Assembly: GCA_965223665.1 (NCBI GenBank) | Contig: OZ245011.1 | Span: 2,752,001 to 2,816,000 of the forward strand | Direction: 5' to 3' | Length of the DNA: 64,000 nt | DNA from: Nitrospinaceae bacterium | Lineage (GTDB): Bacteria > Nitrospinota > Nitrospinia > Nitrospinales > Nitrospinaceae | Shown here: positions 20,130 to 29,751 of the stretch, piece after piece | Numbering within the stretch: the stretch's first letter is position 1 | Layout: each line of letters begins with the position of its first letter | The notes under the pieces: generated by a model | Database searches by the model: none | Seen by the model: only the letters and a program-made list of their open reading frames with translations | What the model was told of the DNA's origin: nothing | Made by a program: the position numbers and the translations under genes

Positions 20130-21011
20130 TTATATTGTTCCGATCCAGGTCTTCCAATTATCCCCAATCATTCCTTTTTCTCGATACCTTTGCATGGCTT
20201 TTTGGCAATCACATGACAATTCCGTACCAAGTAACAATTCGAACAATTGATTTAAAATTTTGGGAAACATTTGGATAGAATTATTCACCGTTTCTTTTTC
20301 TTCTTTTGTTTGCATCCCTTCAAACAATTGTCCAACCTTGAATTCTCTATCTTTAGTCCCTTCTGCATAGTTGGTTAAATAACAAATCGACGCATAACAC
20401 ATTTCCAATTCTCTGGCTAAAAACATTTCCGGGATTAGGGTCATACCGACTAAGTCCCCTCCCAGAATTCGAAACTTTCTAATTTCGGCAGGCGATTCTA
20501 AACGGGGTCCTTCTGTGCAAACATAGACTCCATTTTCATGGTGAGACAGGTTCAGATTATGAAATGATTCATGAAGACACCAACGGATACTAGGGCAAAA
20601 AGGTTCTTTTTGACGAATAAATCCATAACCCCTGTTTTTAAAAAAGGTAGTTTCACGTTTCTTGGTTTCATCAATTACATCATGAGGAATAATAAACTCT
20701 CCCGGTCGAAAGGTTGTATTTATTATTCCCGGACCAGACCAAGAAATAATGCGTTGGGCTCCACATTCTTTTAAGGCATAAATATTAGCTCGGTAATTTA
20801 CAAAAGGCGCTGTAAGAGAATAATCGGTTTCACCATGTCGAGAGAGAAAATAAAAGTTATGATTTTTAGATGCAAATTGATGAACGGGAGCACTTGGACC
20901 AAAAGGAGTCTCATAGGTCAAACAATTTGTTTCTTGGCCTAAGGATTGGGTTTTTAATAGATCGTATGCCCCACTACCTCCAATAACAGCTATTATTGGT
21001 TTTTCAGACAT
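20130..21011 (-). CDS. mtnP: MTAP-family purine nucleoside / methylthioadenosine phosphorylase
   Basis: IGGSG, TPFG.S, SRHG, NYRANI.AL, EGPRLESPAE, VGMT..PE..LARE motifs. Confidence 0.88.
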   Translation of the reverse strand: MSEKPIIAVIGGSGAYDLLKTQSLGQETNCLTYETPFGPSAPVHQFASKNHNFYFLSRHGETDYSLTAPFVNYRANIYALKECGAQRIISWSGPGIINTTFRPGEFIIPHDVIDETKKRETTFFKNRGYGFIRQKEPFCPSIRWCLHESFHNLNLSHHENGVYVCTEGPRLESPAEIRKFRILGGDLVGMTLIPEMFLARELEMCYASICYLTNYAEGTKDREFKVGQLFEGMQTKEEKETVNNSIQMFPKILNQLFELLLGTELSCDCQKAMQRYREKGMIGDNWKTWIGTI

Positions 21012-21037
21012 GATTTGGGTTAAGGAAAGAAAATGAT

Positions 21038-21547
21038 TTAATAATCCAAATAGGTTTCAATATCTGCAACATAGTTTGCAGCAGATTCTCGAATTCCTCG
21101 GCGTTCCTCTTCGGTAAGTTCTCTAGTCACCTTGCCAGGATGCCCCAATACCATACTTCCAGAGGGTATCTTGGAACCTGGAACAACAAGAGATCCAGCC
21201 CCTATAATGCAATTGTCCCCTACCTCGGCACCGTCCATGACAATGGCTCCCATTCCAATGAGACACTGATTGCCTATGGTGCATGCATGCAGAGTGACAT
21301 TGTGGCCCACAGTTACCTCATCTCCAATGTTGAGAGATAAAGTTCTTCTTGCAACATGCAAAACACATCCATCTTGAATATTTGTGCGCTTTCCAATTCG
21401 GATAGAATTGACATCCCCGCGGACCACTGCATTAAACCAGATACTGCTTTCCTCGCCGATGGAAACATCGCCAATCACTTGAGCACTTTCGGTTACCCAT
21501 GATGAAGAATGTATTTGAGGGCTTATCCCTTTAAATGAAAGAATCAT
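21038..21547 (-). CDS. Gamma carbonic anhydrase family protein (YrdA-like)
   Basis: VRGDVN.I.IG..TNIQDG..LH and TVGH...LH.C hexapeptide repeats. Confidence 0.93.
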   Translation of the reverse strand: MILSFKGISPQIHSSSWVTESAQVIGDVSIGEESSIWFNAVVRGDVNSIRIGKRTNIQDGCVLHVARRTLSLNIGDEVTVGHNVTLHACTIGNQCLIGMGAIVMDGAEVGDNCIIGAGSLVVPGSKIPSGSMVLGHPGKVTRELTEEERRGIRESAANYVADIETYLDY

Positions 21548-21717
21548 AAACCTATCCGTTAAATATTATTAAAGGTTCAAAAGACACAATGCCTTTTGGA
21601 CAGAATATTTTGAAAGGTGCATTGTATACCGACTTCTTGCAATTGGCAAAACCTACCCTTAACCTGAAAATAAGTTTAATTCAATCCTTATTAGAAAAAA
21701 CTCTCATAATGATATAA

Positions 21718-23568
21718 ATGTCAGGAAAAAACCTACTTCAAATAAACCATTCTGAGGAATCAATCCTTCCAAACTTTAAATCCGAATACTGGGGTCCCAT
21801 AGCTATAGTTTTATTGGGATTGTTTATGGCCACGATCAGTTGGCAAAAATGGTCTGATTTAATTATTGATTATGGCCAGCAACTCTATATTCCCTGGCAA
21901 CTTTCTGAGGGGAAAGTTTTATACAAAGATATACATTATTTATACGGGCCCTTATCTTCCTATCTTCATGCTGGACTATTTAAAATTTTTGGAACCGGAA
22001 TAATAACTCTTGTCTGGTTTAATTTAATTTTAATTTGTTTGCTCACTTGGATAATTTACTATTTATTTCTAAAGATCTCAGACCAATTGACTGCGATGGT
22101 TGTTTGCTTAACTTTTGTAGGTATTTTTGCTTTTGGACAGTATGCTCTGGGTGGAAATTATAATTTTGTTTGTTCTTATGAATATGGCTTACCTCATGGA
22201 ATATTTCTCTCCTTCTTAGGCTTTTTAATTCTTGATCATTTCATAAAATTTGGAAAGTCAACTTCCTTAATGGGTTTAGGATTTATTCTAGGATTAATTT
22301 TTTTAACAAAACCAGAAGTTTTTCTGGCCGCTTTTTTTGCATTTATTTTAGGTTTGTTTCTTAATTACCCAGCCATTGATTCCCAAAAAATCAAAAAACC
22401 ATTTTTATTGTTCTTTCTTTTATTTTTAATACCCCCCTTGGTGACCCTTTTATTCCTTGCCCAATCTATGCCAATAATCGATGGCCTTAAATCATTATTC
22501 ATTCCTTGGGATTTAATTTTATTTTCTCCAATAAAATCATTACCTCTATACAAATGGGTATTTGGAACTGATGCATTAGGAGCAAACTTATCCAATGCAG
22601 CCATATTATTTATGACCTTCTCTTTTATATTTTTTTCCGTAATATATCTCAACATTTTGATCCATAAAATTAAAAGAAGTCAGATTTTATTGTCCATTAC
22701 AATATCCTTAACTCTATTTATTATATTATTAAAATATCAAGAACAAATACCCTTGTTAGAATTAGCTGCCCCCTGGCCAATATTTTTGATTTTTTATTTA
22801 GGTTTTTATTCAGCTAAACGGAGTCCATTAAAACAAATTCAAACAATCGATGTAACTTTAACTCTGTTCTCTCTTTTATTATTATTAAAAATATTTTTTA
22901 AAGTTCATTTATACCATTATGGATTTGCCTTGGCATTACCAGCAACTTTAGTTTTAATTAAAATAATTTTATTTAACATCCCAACTTGGGTTTCTCAAAA
23001 ATTTAACAAAGTAGCTTTTTATAGGACAACTACTCTAACGTTAGTTTTCGCCTTTATATATTTACATGTTGAGTTTTCTAATAAAATATATTCCCTAAAA
23101 GGTTTCACAGTGGCCTCTGGCTCAGACAAGATCATCGATTACTATCCTGAATATGACAATAGAGGGGTTATTTTTAATGAAGCTCAAAGGTACGTAAACG
23201 AAAATCTTTCAAATACAAATTATCTCTTATCCCTTCCAGATGCGGTGATTTTTAATTACCTAACAAAAAAGCAATCTCCCATAGGATATATAAATTTAAA
23301 TCCAGCCGTATGGTTAGCTATCGGAGAAAATAAAATCCATAAACAAATCAAATCAAGTATTTCGGATTATATTGTACTTGTAGATCAAGAGTTTCCCTAT
23401 TTTGGAGCAAAACATTTTGGAAAGGACTTTGGCAAACCAACTTTTGATTGGATAAAAAATAATTACAAACTTGAAAAACAATTTGGTGAGGTCCCGTTTA
23501 CTGGCAATGGGTTTGGGATTCAAATTTTAAAACGCAGGGAGGACAACACTCAAACTCATGTTGGCTAA
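21718..23568 (+). CDS. GT-C-type (ArnT/PMT-like) polytopic glycosyltransferase, paralog 1
   Basis: Acidic loop W.D..IDYG..LY..W..SEG..LYKD..Y.YGP after the first TM; TKPE motif; many TM helices and a soluble C-terminal domain. Confidence 0.7.
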   Translation: MSGKNLLQINHSEESILPNFKSEYWGPIAIVLLGLFMATISWQKWSDLIIDYGQQLYIPWQLSEGKVLYKDIHYLYGPLSSYLHAGLFKIFGTGIITLVWFNLILICLLTWIIYYLFLKISDQLTAMVVCLTFVGIFAFGQYALGGNYNFVCSYEYGLPHGIFLSFLGFLILDHFIKFGKSTSLMGLGFILGLIFLTKPEVFLAAFFAFILGLFLNYPAIDSQKIKKPFLLFFLLFLIPPLVTLLFLAQSMPIIDGLKSLFIPWDLILFSPIKSLPLYKWVFGTDALGANLSNAAILFMTFSFIFFSVIYLNILIHKIKRSQILLSITISLTLFIILLKYQEQIPLLELAAPWPIFLIFYLGFYSAKRSPLKQIQTIDVTLTLFSLLLLLKIFFKVHLYHYGFALALPATLVLIKIILFNIPTWVSQKFNKVAFYRTTTLTLVFAFIYLHVEFSNKIYSLKGFTVASGSDKIIDYYPEYDNRGVIFNEAQRYVNENLSNTNYLLSLPDAVIFNYLTKKQSPIGYINLNPAVWLAIGENKIHKQIKSSISDYIVLVDQEFPYFGAKHFGKDFGKPTFDWIKNNYKLEKQFGEVPFTGNGFGIQILKRREDNTQTHVG

Positions 23569-25420
23569 TTTAAATAATTCTTACCAAAATAATTCAAATA
23601 TTTTTAATTCAAAACTCTGGTATTTAATAACTATCTTAAGTTCAGTCTTATTTATGGCCAGTATTAGTTGGTTTAAATGGCCAGATTTACTCATTGATTT
23701 TGGTCCTCAAGTATATATTCCATGGCAAGTATCAGAGGGGAAAATACTTTATAAAGATGTTCTCTATTTGTATGGACCATTTTCTGTTTATCTTCACTCC
23801 TTTTTATTTAAGATCTTTGGACCCGGTGTTTCAGTCGTAATATACTTCAATCTATTGGTGGTTTTACTTTTTTCCTATTTGATATTCATTTTATTTAAAA
23901 ACCTCTCTAACCATTTTTCAGCCACGGTAATTTGCATATTGTTCATCACAGTATTTGCTATGGGTCAATACAATGTGATGGGAAACTTCAATTTTATTTG
24001 TGCCTATGTTTATGAACTTCCCCACGGTTTAATTTTAAGTTTCTTGGCGATTTATATTTTTAATAAATATGTATCCAAACCTAAATTTAATAAAGTTTTC
24101 TTATTAGGGTTTATTTCGGGCTTAGTACTTTTAACAAAGATTGAAGTATCTGTTGCTCTAGTTTGTGCTTTAATTTTAGGATTGCTTTATTATCAGATTC
24201 TTTATTCCACGTCCCAAGTTTGCAGGATTAAAACTTTCTCGCTATTCAGTCTCGGAATTCTTCTTCCACTTTTATTATTTTTAATATATTTATGCTCTCA
24301 TTTATCATTTACGCAAGCATTAAGTGCAATTTTTTCTCCCATAAAATATGCTCTCAATGATCAACTTAGGGCTCTTCCTTTATATCAATGGGTTTCTGGT
24401 ACTAGCGCATTATCAAAAAATCTAATAAATATTACTTTGGGTCTAATTTCTCTGACATTTATTTTTTCATTCATCGCAATGGTTTCTTATAGTCGAATTC
24501 CTTTTCTTAAAAGTCACACCAATTTACCTATAATTTTTATCATTTCTTTATTTTCAATAATTCTATTATTTAATAATCAAATATCATGGAAAGAAATCAT
24601 TAAACCACTTCCGGTGTTTCTTTTAATCTTAACCTTTTACTTTATTAAAAAAATAAATGAATCTCCTAGATCTTCTAATAATATCAGTCATTATTTTACT
24701 CAGTTAATCTTTTCAATTTTTTCATTTATTCTTCTTTTGAAAATTATATTTAATGTTCATTCATTTCATTACGGGTTTGCCTTAGCACTTCCGGGAACCT
24801 TAATTCTAGTAAAATTTTTTCTAAATGATTTTCCAAAATGGTTTTCAAAAAACGTAGTTATTTCACCCTTATATATAAATTCTTGCATGGGGTTGATCCT
24901 GATTTATATTTTTAACCACATTTATATTTCCAAAGAATTTTATGAATTGAAAAACTACCCAGTGCAACTCGAAAATAACAAAATAATGACTTATTTTCCC
25001 AATTTAGATCCTCGCGGAAAGATTGTACAAGAGGCATTAAATTTTATAGATACAAAAATTGAAAAGGATGTTCCAATAGCTCCGATACCCTATGGTCTTA
25101 TGATTAACTTTTTCACTAAACATCCTAATTCCTTAGTATCTTCAACCTATAATCCAGGCGAAGCCTTAATTTTTTCCGAAAAAAAATATTTATCAGACCT
25201 TAAGGAAAAATCTCCGCCATATATTTTACTTTTAGAGGTTGACTCTCAAATTTTAGGTGCCAGATATTTTGGGCAGGATTATGCTAAGACAATTTACAAA
25301 TGGATTCTAGGTAACTACACTCTTATTAAACAGTTTGGAGAAACTCCTTTTACCGGAAAAGGATTTGGTATTCAGATTTTAAAGCGGAAGGAAAACAATC
25401 AAAAAACCAATGTTAGTTAG
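23558..25420 (+). CDS. GT-C-type polytopic glycosyltransferase, paralog 2
   Basis: Same motifs as paralog 1 (WPDLLIDFG..., LYKD..Y.YGP, HYGFALALPG). Confidence 0.7.
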   Translation: MLANLNNSYQNNSNIFNSKLWYLITILSSVLFMASISWFKWPDLLIDFGPQVYIPWQVSEGKILYKDVLYLYGPFSVYLHSFLFKIFGPGVSVVIYFNLLVVLLFSYLIFILFKNLSNHFSATVICILFITVFAMGQYNVMGNFNFICAYVYELPHGLILSFLAIYIFNKYVSKPKFNKVFLLGFISGLVLLTKIEVSVALVCALILGLLYYQILYSTSQVCRIKTFSLFSLGILLPLLLFLIYLCSHLSFTQALSAIFSPIKYALNDQLRALPLYQWVSGTSALSKNLINITLGLISLTFIFSFIAMVSYSRIPFLKSHTNLPIIFIISLFSIILLFNNQISWKEIIKPLPVFLLILTFYFIKKINESPRSSNNISHYFTQLIFSIFSFILLLKIIFNVHSFHYGFALALPGTLILVKFFLNDFPKWFSKNVVISPLYINSCMGLILIYIFNHIYISKEFYELKNYPVQLENNKIMTYFPNLDPRGKIVQEALNFIDTKIEKDVPIAPIPYGLMINFFTKHPNSLVSSTYNPGEALIFSEKKYLSDLKEKSPPYILLLEVDSQILGARYFGQDYAKTIYKWILGNYTLIKQFGETPFTGKGFGIQILKRKENNQKTNVS

Positions 25421-27284
25421 TTTAAATATTTTAAAATCCTCAATTCCTATAACTCAAAATAATAAATTTTGGTGCTGTCTTTTTATTTGGATAATGGGTT
25501 TATTTATGGCATGGATAAGCTGGCTCAAGTGGCCAGATTTAACTATAGATTTTGGGGAACAGCTTTATATCGCCTGGAGACTTTCAGAAGGCGAGGTTTT
25601 ATATAAAGATATAAATTATTTTTATGGTCCCTTATCATCATATCTTCATGCAATTCTTTTCAAGCTATTTGGGGTAAACTTTTTAATAATTGTAAGCTTT
25701 AATATATTCTTAGTTGTGTTAACCGCATGGTTAATTTTTAGAATTTTCGCTTCAATTGGAACCAATATCTCAGCCTTCTTTTCCTCTCTAATTTTTGTGA
25801 CAGTTTTCGCTTTTTCTCAATACCTATGGATGGGTAACCATAATTTCGTTTGTTCCTATGTTTACGATATTACACACGGTATATTATTAACGTTTGCCTC
25901 TATATACCAATTAATAAAGTTAGTTAAAAACCAGAAAACTAAAAATTTATTTTTTTTGGGCTTACTTACCGGTTTGGTTTTTCTGACAAAATTTGAAGTC
26001 GCCCTTGCCTGGGGCATCACGGTAATAACAATATTATCTTATTATTTTTATCATCATGTTCCAGTTCAAAAAAGTAAAATTAGAGAAGTCCTGATTTTCA
26101 TTCTCTCTTCACTACTTCCACTAGCAATATTCTTTTTCTATTTTTCATTTCACTTATCTTTTACAGAAGCATTTTTTACCTTATTAAAACCCTGGGCCTA
26201 TGCATTTAACCCCTTAATTAGAGACCTTCCTTTTTACAAATCTGTAATGGGAATCAATCAGCTTAAAGAAAATATTTTAATTAACGTTAAGTTTGCCAGT
26301 CTGGGGGTTGCATTAATATTAACCCTGTTTTTCATCAACTACAAACTTCTAAAAAATAAGAAAAATAATTACTTACATTATGTATCTTCTATAATTTTTT
26401 TATTAGGATTTCATTTTTTATTTTTTAATACAATTCCCTGGCTTGAAACTTTAAGACCAGTTCCATTATTTATAATTTCTGCATTTCTTATTTTTTTAAT
26501 CAAGTACCACAAAGAAACAAATTTAAATAAAAAAAAATTATTACCATTAATTGCCTTTAGTTTATTTTCTCTTTTATTACTTATAAAAATAATTTTTAAA
26601 ACTCATGTATATCACTATGGGGTTGCTCTAGCACTCCCCGGGACTTTACTTTTAACTAAGTTTATTATTGACGATATTCCAATGTGGATTCAAAAAAGAG
26701 GAGTCCACAATTTATTTTTTAAAACTTCCATATATGGGATATTGGCATTATTTATTTTTGTCCATATAAAAATTTCTTATTCTTATTATGAAAAGAAAAT
26801 TCTTCCAGTAAATCAAAATGAAGATTTATTAATAGGTTATTCCCCTTATGTAACACCTCGAGATATGAATTTTAAAATCGCCTTAAGCTTTATTGAGGAA
26901 ATCATTGAACCTGACCAGGAGTTATATTCTTTTCCCACGGGCACACTTCTAAACTTTCTAGCAAGAAGAAAGAATTCTAATCCCAATATAAGTTTTAATC
27001 CGGGAACTTGGAAATTGGTCGGAGAGAATATTATATTAAATTCTTTAAAAGATTCCCCTCCTCATTTTATAGTCATTGTTTTTCACGATTATCTTGAATT
27101 TAAATATAGATTTTTTGGAGTAGATTTTGGGCAAAATATATATCAATGGATCCAAAAAAATTATCAATCAATTCACCAAATTGGCAACCACCCAGTAAAG
27201 GACAAGAAAGAAGGAATTATTATTTTTAAAAAGAAGCCCTTCAACCCAGGAGAGAACAAACTAACTGAATTTCCCAGAACTTAA
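25410..27284 (+). CDS. GT-C-type polytopic glycosyltransferase, paralog 3
   Basis: Same motifs (WPDLTIDFGEQLY, LYKDINYFYGP, HYGVALALPG). Confidence 0.7.
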   Translation: MLVSLNILKSSIPITQNNKFWCCLFIWIMGLFMAWISWLKWPDLTIDFGEQLYIAWRLSEGEVLYKDINYFYGPLSSYLHAILFKLFGVNFLIIVSFNIFLVVLTAWLIFRIFASIGTNISAFFSSLIFVTVFAFSQYLWMGNHNFVCSYVYDITHGILLTFASIYQLIKLVKNQKTKNLFFLGLLTGLVFLTKFEVALAWGITVITILSYYFYHHVPVQKSKIREVLIFILSSLLPLAIFFFYFSFHLSFTEAFFTLLKPWAYAFNPLIRDLPFYKSVMGINQLKENILINVKFASLGVALILTLFFINYKLLKNKKNNYLHYVSSIIFLLGFHFLFFNTIPWLETLRPVPLFIISAFLIFLIKYHKETNLNKKKLLPLIAFSLFSLLLLIKIIFKTHVYHYGVALALPGTLLLTKFIIDDIPMWIQKRGVHNLFFKTSIYGILALFIFVHIKISYSYYEKKILPVNQNEDLLIGYSPYVTPRDMNFKIALSFIEEIIEPDQELYSFPTGTLLNFLARRKNSNPNISFNPGTWKLVGENIILNSLKDSPPHFIVIVFHDYLEFKYRFFGVDFGQNIYQWIQKNYQSIHQIGNHPVKDKKEGIIIFKKKPFNPGENKLTEFPRT

Positions 27285-28034
27285 ACAAAATTCAATATAA
27301 GTTTGATTTTTTTCCTCAATTAATTTTTGACTTTTTGAAGCAAGTAATCGTCGGTCGGCCTCCTGGAGGGAAGGAAGAATTGTTATGGTTAGTAAGAGTT
27401 CTTTATTTTTTAACAAACGATATAGGTGTTGAGAAAATGTAATGTGTCTCCAGCAGGCTACAGAAGGTTTTTGATTATCCAGGTAAGTTATTAATACCGG
27501 CTGAACGTGTGAATGTGTTTTTGCTGCCGCTTCAAATGCTGATGACTTAAAGGGTTGGATTTCATCGTTAGGGGAAACTCCTCCTTCAGGAAACAGGGTA
27601 ACCGAAAAACCACAGACCAATCTTCTTTCAATCTCCCTAACCATATCTTTAACAGCTAACTTTTTGGTTCGATTGATAAAAATTGTTCCTCCCAATGCAG
27701 CCATTTTCCCGATCATTGGCCAGGACCCAATTCCAAACTTAGATACAAAAAATGTTTCAAAACAGCTAGCCAACACAAATATATCCGGTGTACCTACATG
27801 ATTCGCTACTATTAAGGAACCTACTTTTCTATTCTCATTTCCCTCAATCTTAATTTTAAAATTTAATATCCAGCAGCATAAAATTCCCCAATAACGGGTG
27901 TAGCGTATTACAAGGTGCCAATGCTTTTTTTGGTTTCTAGAATAAAGTAAATATAAAATTAATCCCGTAGAAAATGCCCATACCTGTATTAAAAGAAGGC
28001 CTATTAACCTGTAACCAACTCTTACCCATCCCAT
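27261..28034 (-). CDS. Lysophospholipid acyltransferase (PlsC family)
   Basis: NHVGTPD (HX4D), FINR and LFPEG motifs. Confidence 0.9.
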   Translation of the reverse strand: MGWVRVGYRLIGLLLIQVWAFSTGLILYLLYSRNQKKHWHLVIRYTRYWGILCCWILNFKIKIEGNENRKVGSLIVANHVGTPDIFVLASCFETFFVSKFGIGSWPMIGKMAALGGTIFINRTKKLAVKDMVREIERRLVCGFSVTLFPEGGVSPNDEIQPFKSSAFEAAAKTHSHVQPVLITYLDNQKPSVACWRHITFSQHLYRLLKNKELLLTITILPSLQEADRRLLASKSQKLIEEKNQTYIEFCLSSGKFS

Positions 28035-28038
28035 AGCT

Positions 28039-28842
28039 TCAATAAAAATTTTCCTGATTCTCTTTTGTTAATTTAAATAGATCCTTAGTAACCCAACGAA
28101 AAAAATTGCTTTGGTAGGATCTGATTATATCCAGAAAATGAATTTTCCGGTTAGACGAGATTCTCATTTTTTCCAAAATTTTCCTTCCAATTGCAGTCCA
28201 TGCCTCAGGAGCTTTAAACAATCCATAATGAACCTTGTCCCAGCCTAAAAAGGAATCGAGAGAAGATATTTTGAATACATTTTTATTTGCTAAGGTCTCC
28301 AAAAACTTGTTGATATCCTTAACACTATTCTTAACAGATCCTGCAGAAACCTTAGATTTTGGATATAGCATCGATCTAACCGTAACAAAAAACCAATTCG
28401 GCAATGGGTTCTCAAAAGCTTTTGGGAGAGTGGTAAAAAAAATAACAGAATTTAAACTTTTTAATTTTTCAATTATGGACTGAATACTTTCTTTAATTTC
28501 GTTAGGGGTTTTATTATAAAGAATATCATTACCAATGTCCGTCATTAAACATATGACTTGAAAACCTTGGCCTGCTTTTTTTTTTGCAAGTGGATACCAT
28601 TCGCAAGAAGCAATAGGGGAGTAAATGGCGGTAAAAATTCCTCCATAAGCACAATATCCTCTTCCTGGGCCCATGGCAGAAATTATATCAATTTTACGGT
28701 TGGATAAATGTTTTTTCAAAAACCGAACTAAGGCATCGTGACCTCTACCTAAATTGCTGGCTCCTAAAAGGATCAATAGAATAGGCTTTGGAGAGGAATC
28801 GAGAGAAAAGTTCTCTGAACTCTTCTTCATTTCACTTTTCAT
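28039..28842 (-). CDS. SGNH/GDSL-hydrolase-like hypothetical protein
   Basis: LLGASN (block I-like), DIGND (block III) and D.VH (block V). Confidence 0.6.
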   Translation of the reverse strand: MKSEMKKSSENFSLDSSPKPILLILLGASNLGRGHDALVRFLKKHLSNRKIDIISAMGPGRGYCAYGGIFTAIYSPIASCEWYPLAKKKAGQGFQVICLMTDIGNDILYNKTPNEIKESIQSIIEKLKSLNSVIFFTTLPKAFENPLPNWFFVTVRSMLYPKSKVSAGSVKNSVKDINKFLETLANKNVFKISSLDSFLGWDKVHYGLFKAPEAWTAIGRKILEKMRISSNRKIHFLDIIRSYQSNFFRWVTKDLFKLTKENQENFY

Positions 28843-28851
28843 GGAAATGAG

Positions 28852-29751
28852 TTAAGGATAAGATCGGTATTTTTTTGGCAAACCGGCTCGATCAGCCCGC
28901 TGCTCTAATGCCTTATGAAGTTTCTCATAATATTTTACCATTTTTTTCGCATCTTTCACCCTTTTGGATTGACCTCTTACCATATGCTGAAATCTTTGGT
29001 ATTGACGAATGGAATTGGTATAACCATCATATTTTGTTTTCCACCATTTGGCAGTGTGCCCATCCCAAAGAGGTTCTCCATTACTCTTTTGGCGTTTGAG
29101 GACCAATTCATTTGAAGAAGAGCGCACCTCTATTTGGTATTCACTAAGAAAAGACATCCCCAACAAACCATCCATCATACCCATATGGGGATTGATACTT
29201 GCTTCAACATTTTTTACAATTGCCGACCCAACTTGTACTTTCTTTAAAATAAGTAAAGGTGAGGAAATAGTTCCCCCTGCAGTTGAAAACTGCATATGGG
29301 GTCCTTTATCGAGATTTCTAAATTTTAGAAGCTTAGCAATACGATCAGACAAAATTACTAAAGAAGCTCCCGTATCCAGCATTAAATCCGCTCTAACATT
29401 TCCATTGATAATCGTTTCCACAGAATAGTTTCCCCCACTTACTTGCTTAAGAGGAATTATATGTTTTCCTCCACTTCTGCGAACGGTAGGAAAATTGATT
29501 GAAACCGGAACCGTTATATTATCGGGAGGACCTCCCCTTACAGTTTCTAAATTGCTACCTTTTTTATTATATTGTTTTGGAATTTTGGAAGGATTATCAG
29601 TGTAATGAGTCTTACCGTTTTCGTCTTTCCATTTATAGATTTTTGCAAAAACAGAATTAGGAAACAGAAGTATAAATACAACAAAAAAACAAAATAAATT
29701 CTTAGTCCATAGAAATCGGTTTAACAAAAACTTCTCTTGGTTTAATTCCAT
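28852..29751 (-). CDS. DUF4124 plus retropepsin-like (clan AA) aspartic protease, secreted
   Basis: IYKWKDENG..HYTD, LDTGAS and GLLGMSFL motifs. Start uncertain because it overlaps ftsK. Confidence 0.88.
   Translation of the reverse strand: MELNQEKFLLNRFLWTKNLFCFFVVFILLFPNSVFAKIYKWKDENGKTHYTDNPSKIPKQYNKKGSNLETVRGGPPDNITVPVSINFPTVRRSGGKHIIPLKQVSGGNYSVETIINGNVRADLMLDTGASLVILSDRIAKLLKFRNLDKGPHMQFSTAGGTISSPLLILKKVQVGSAIVKNVEASINPHMGMMDGLLGMSFLSEYQIEVRSSSNELVLKRQKSNGEPLWDGHTAKWWKTKYDGYTNSIRQYQRFQHMVRGQSKRVKDAKKMVKYYEKLHKALEQRADRAGLPKKYRSYP

Noticed and set aside
28570-28590. Another long T run as a phase-variable tract
   Set aside because: The reading frame is intact (AKKKAG), and such runs are frequent in this AT-rich DNA.
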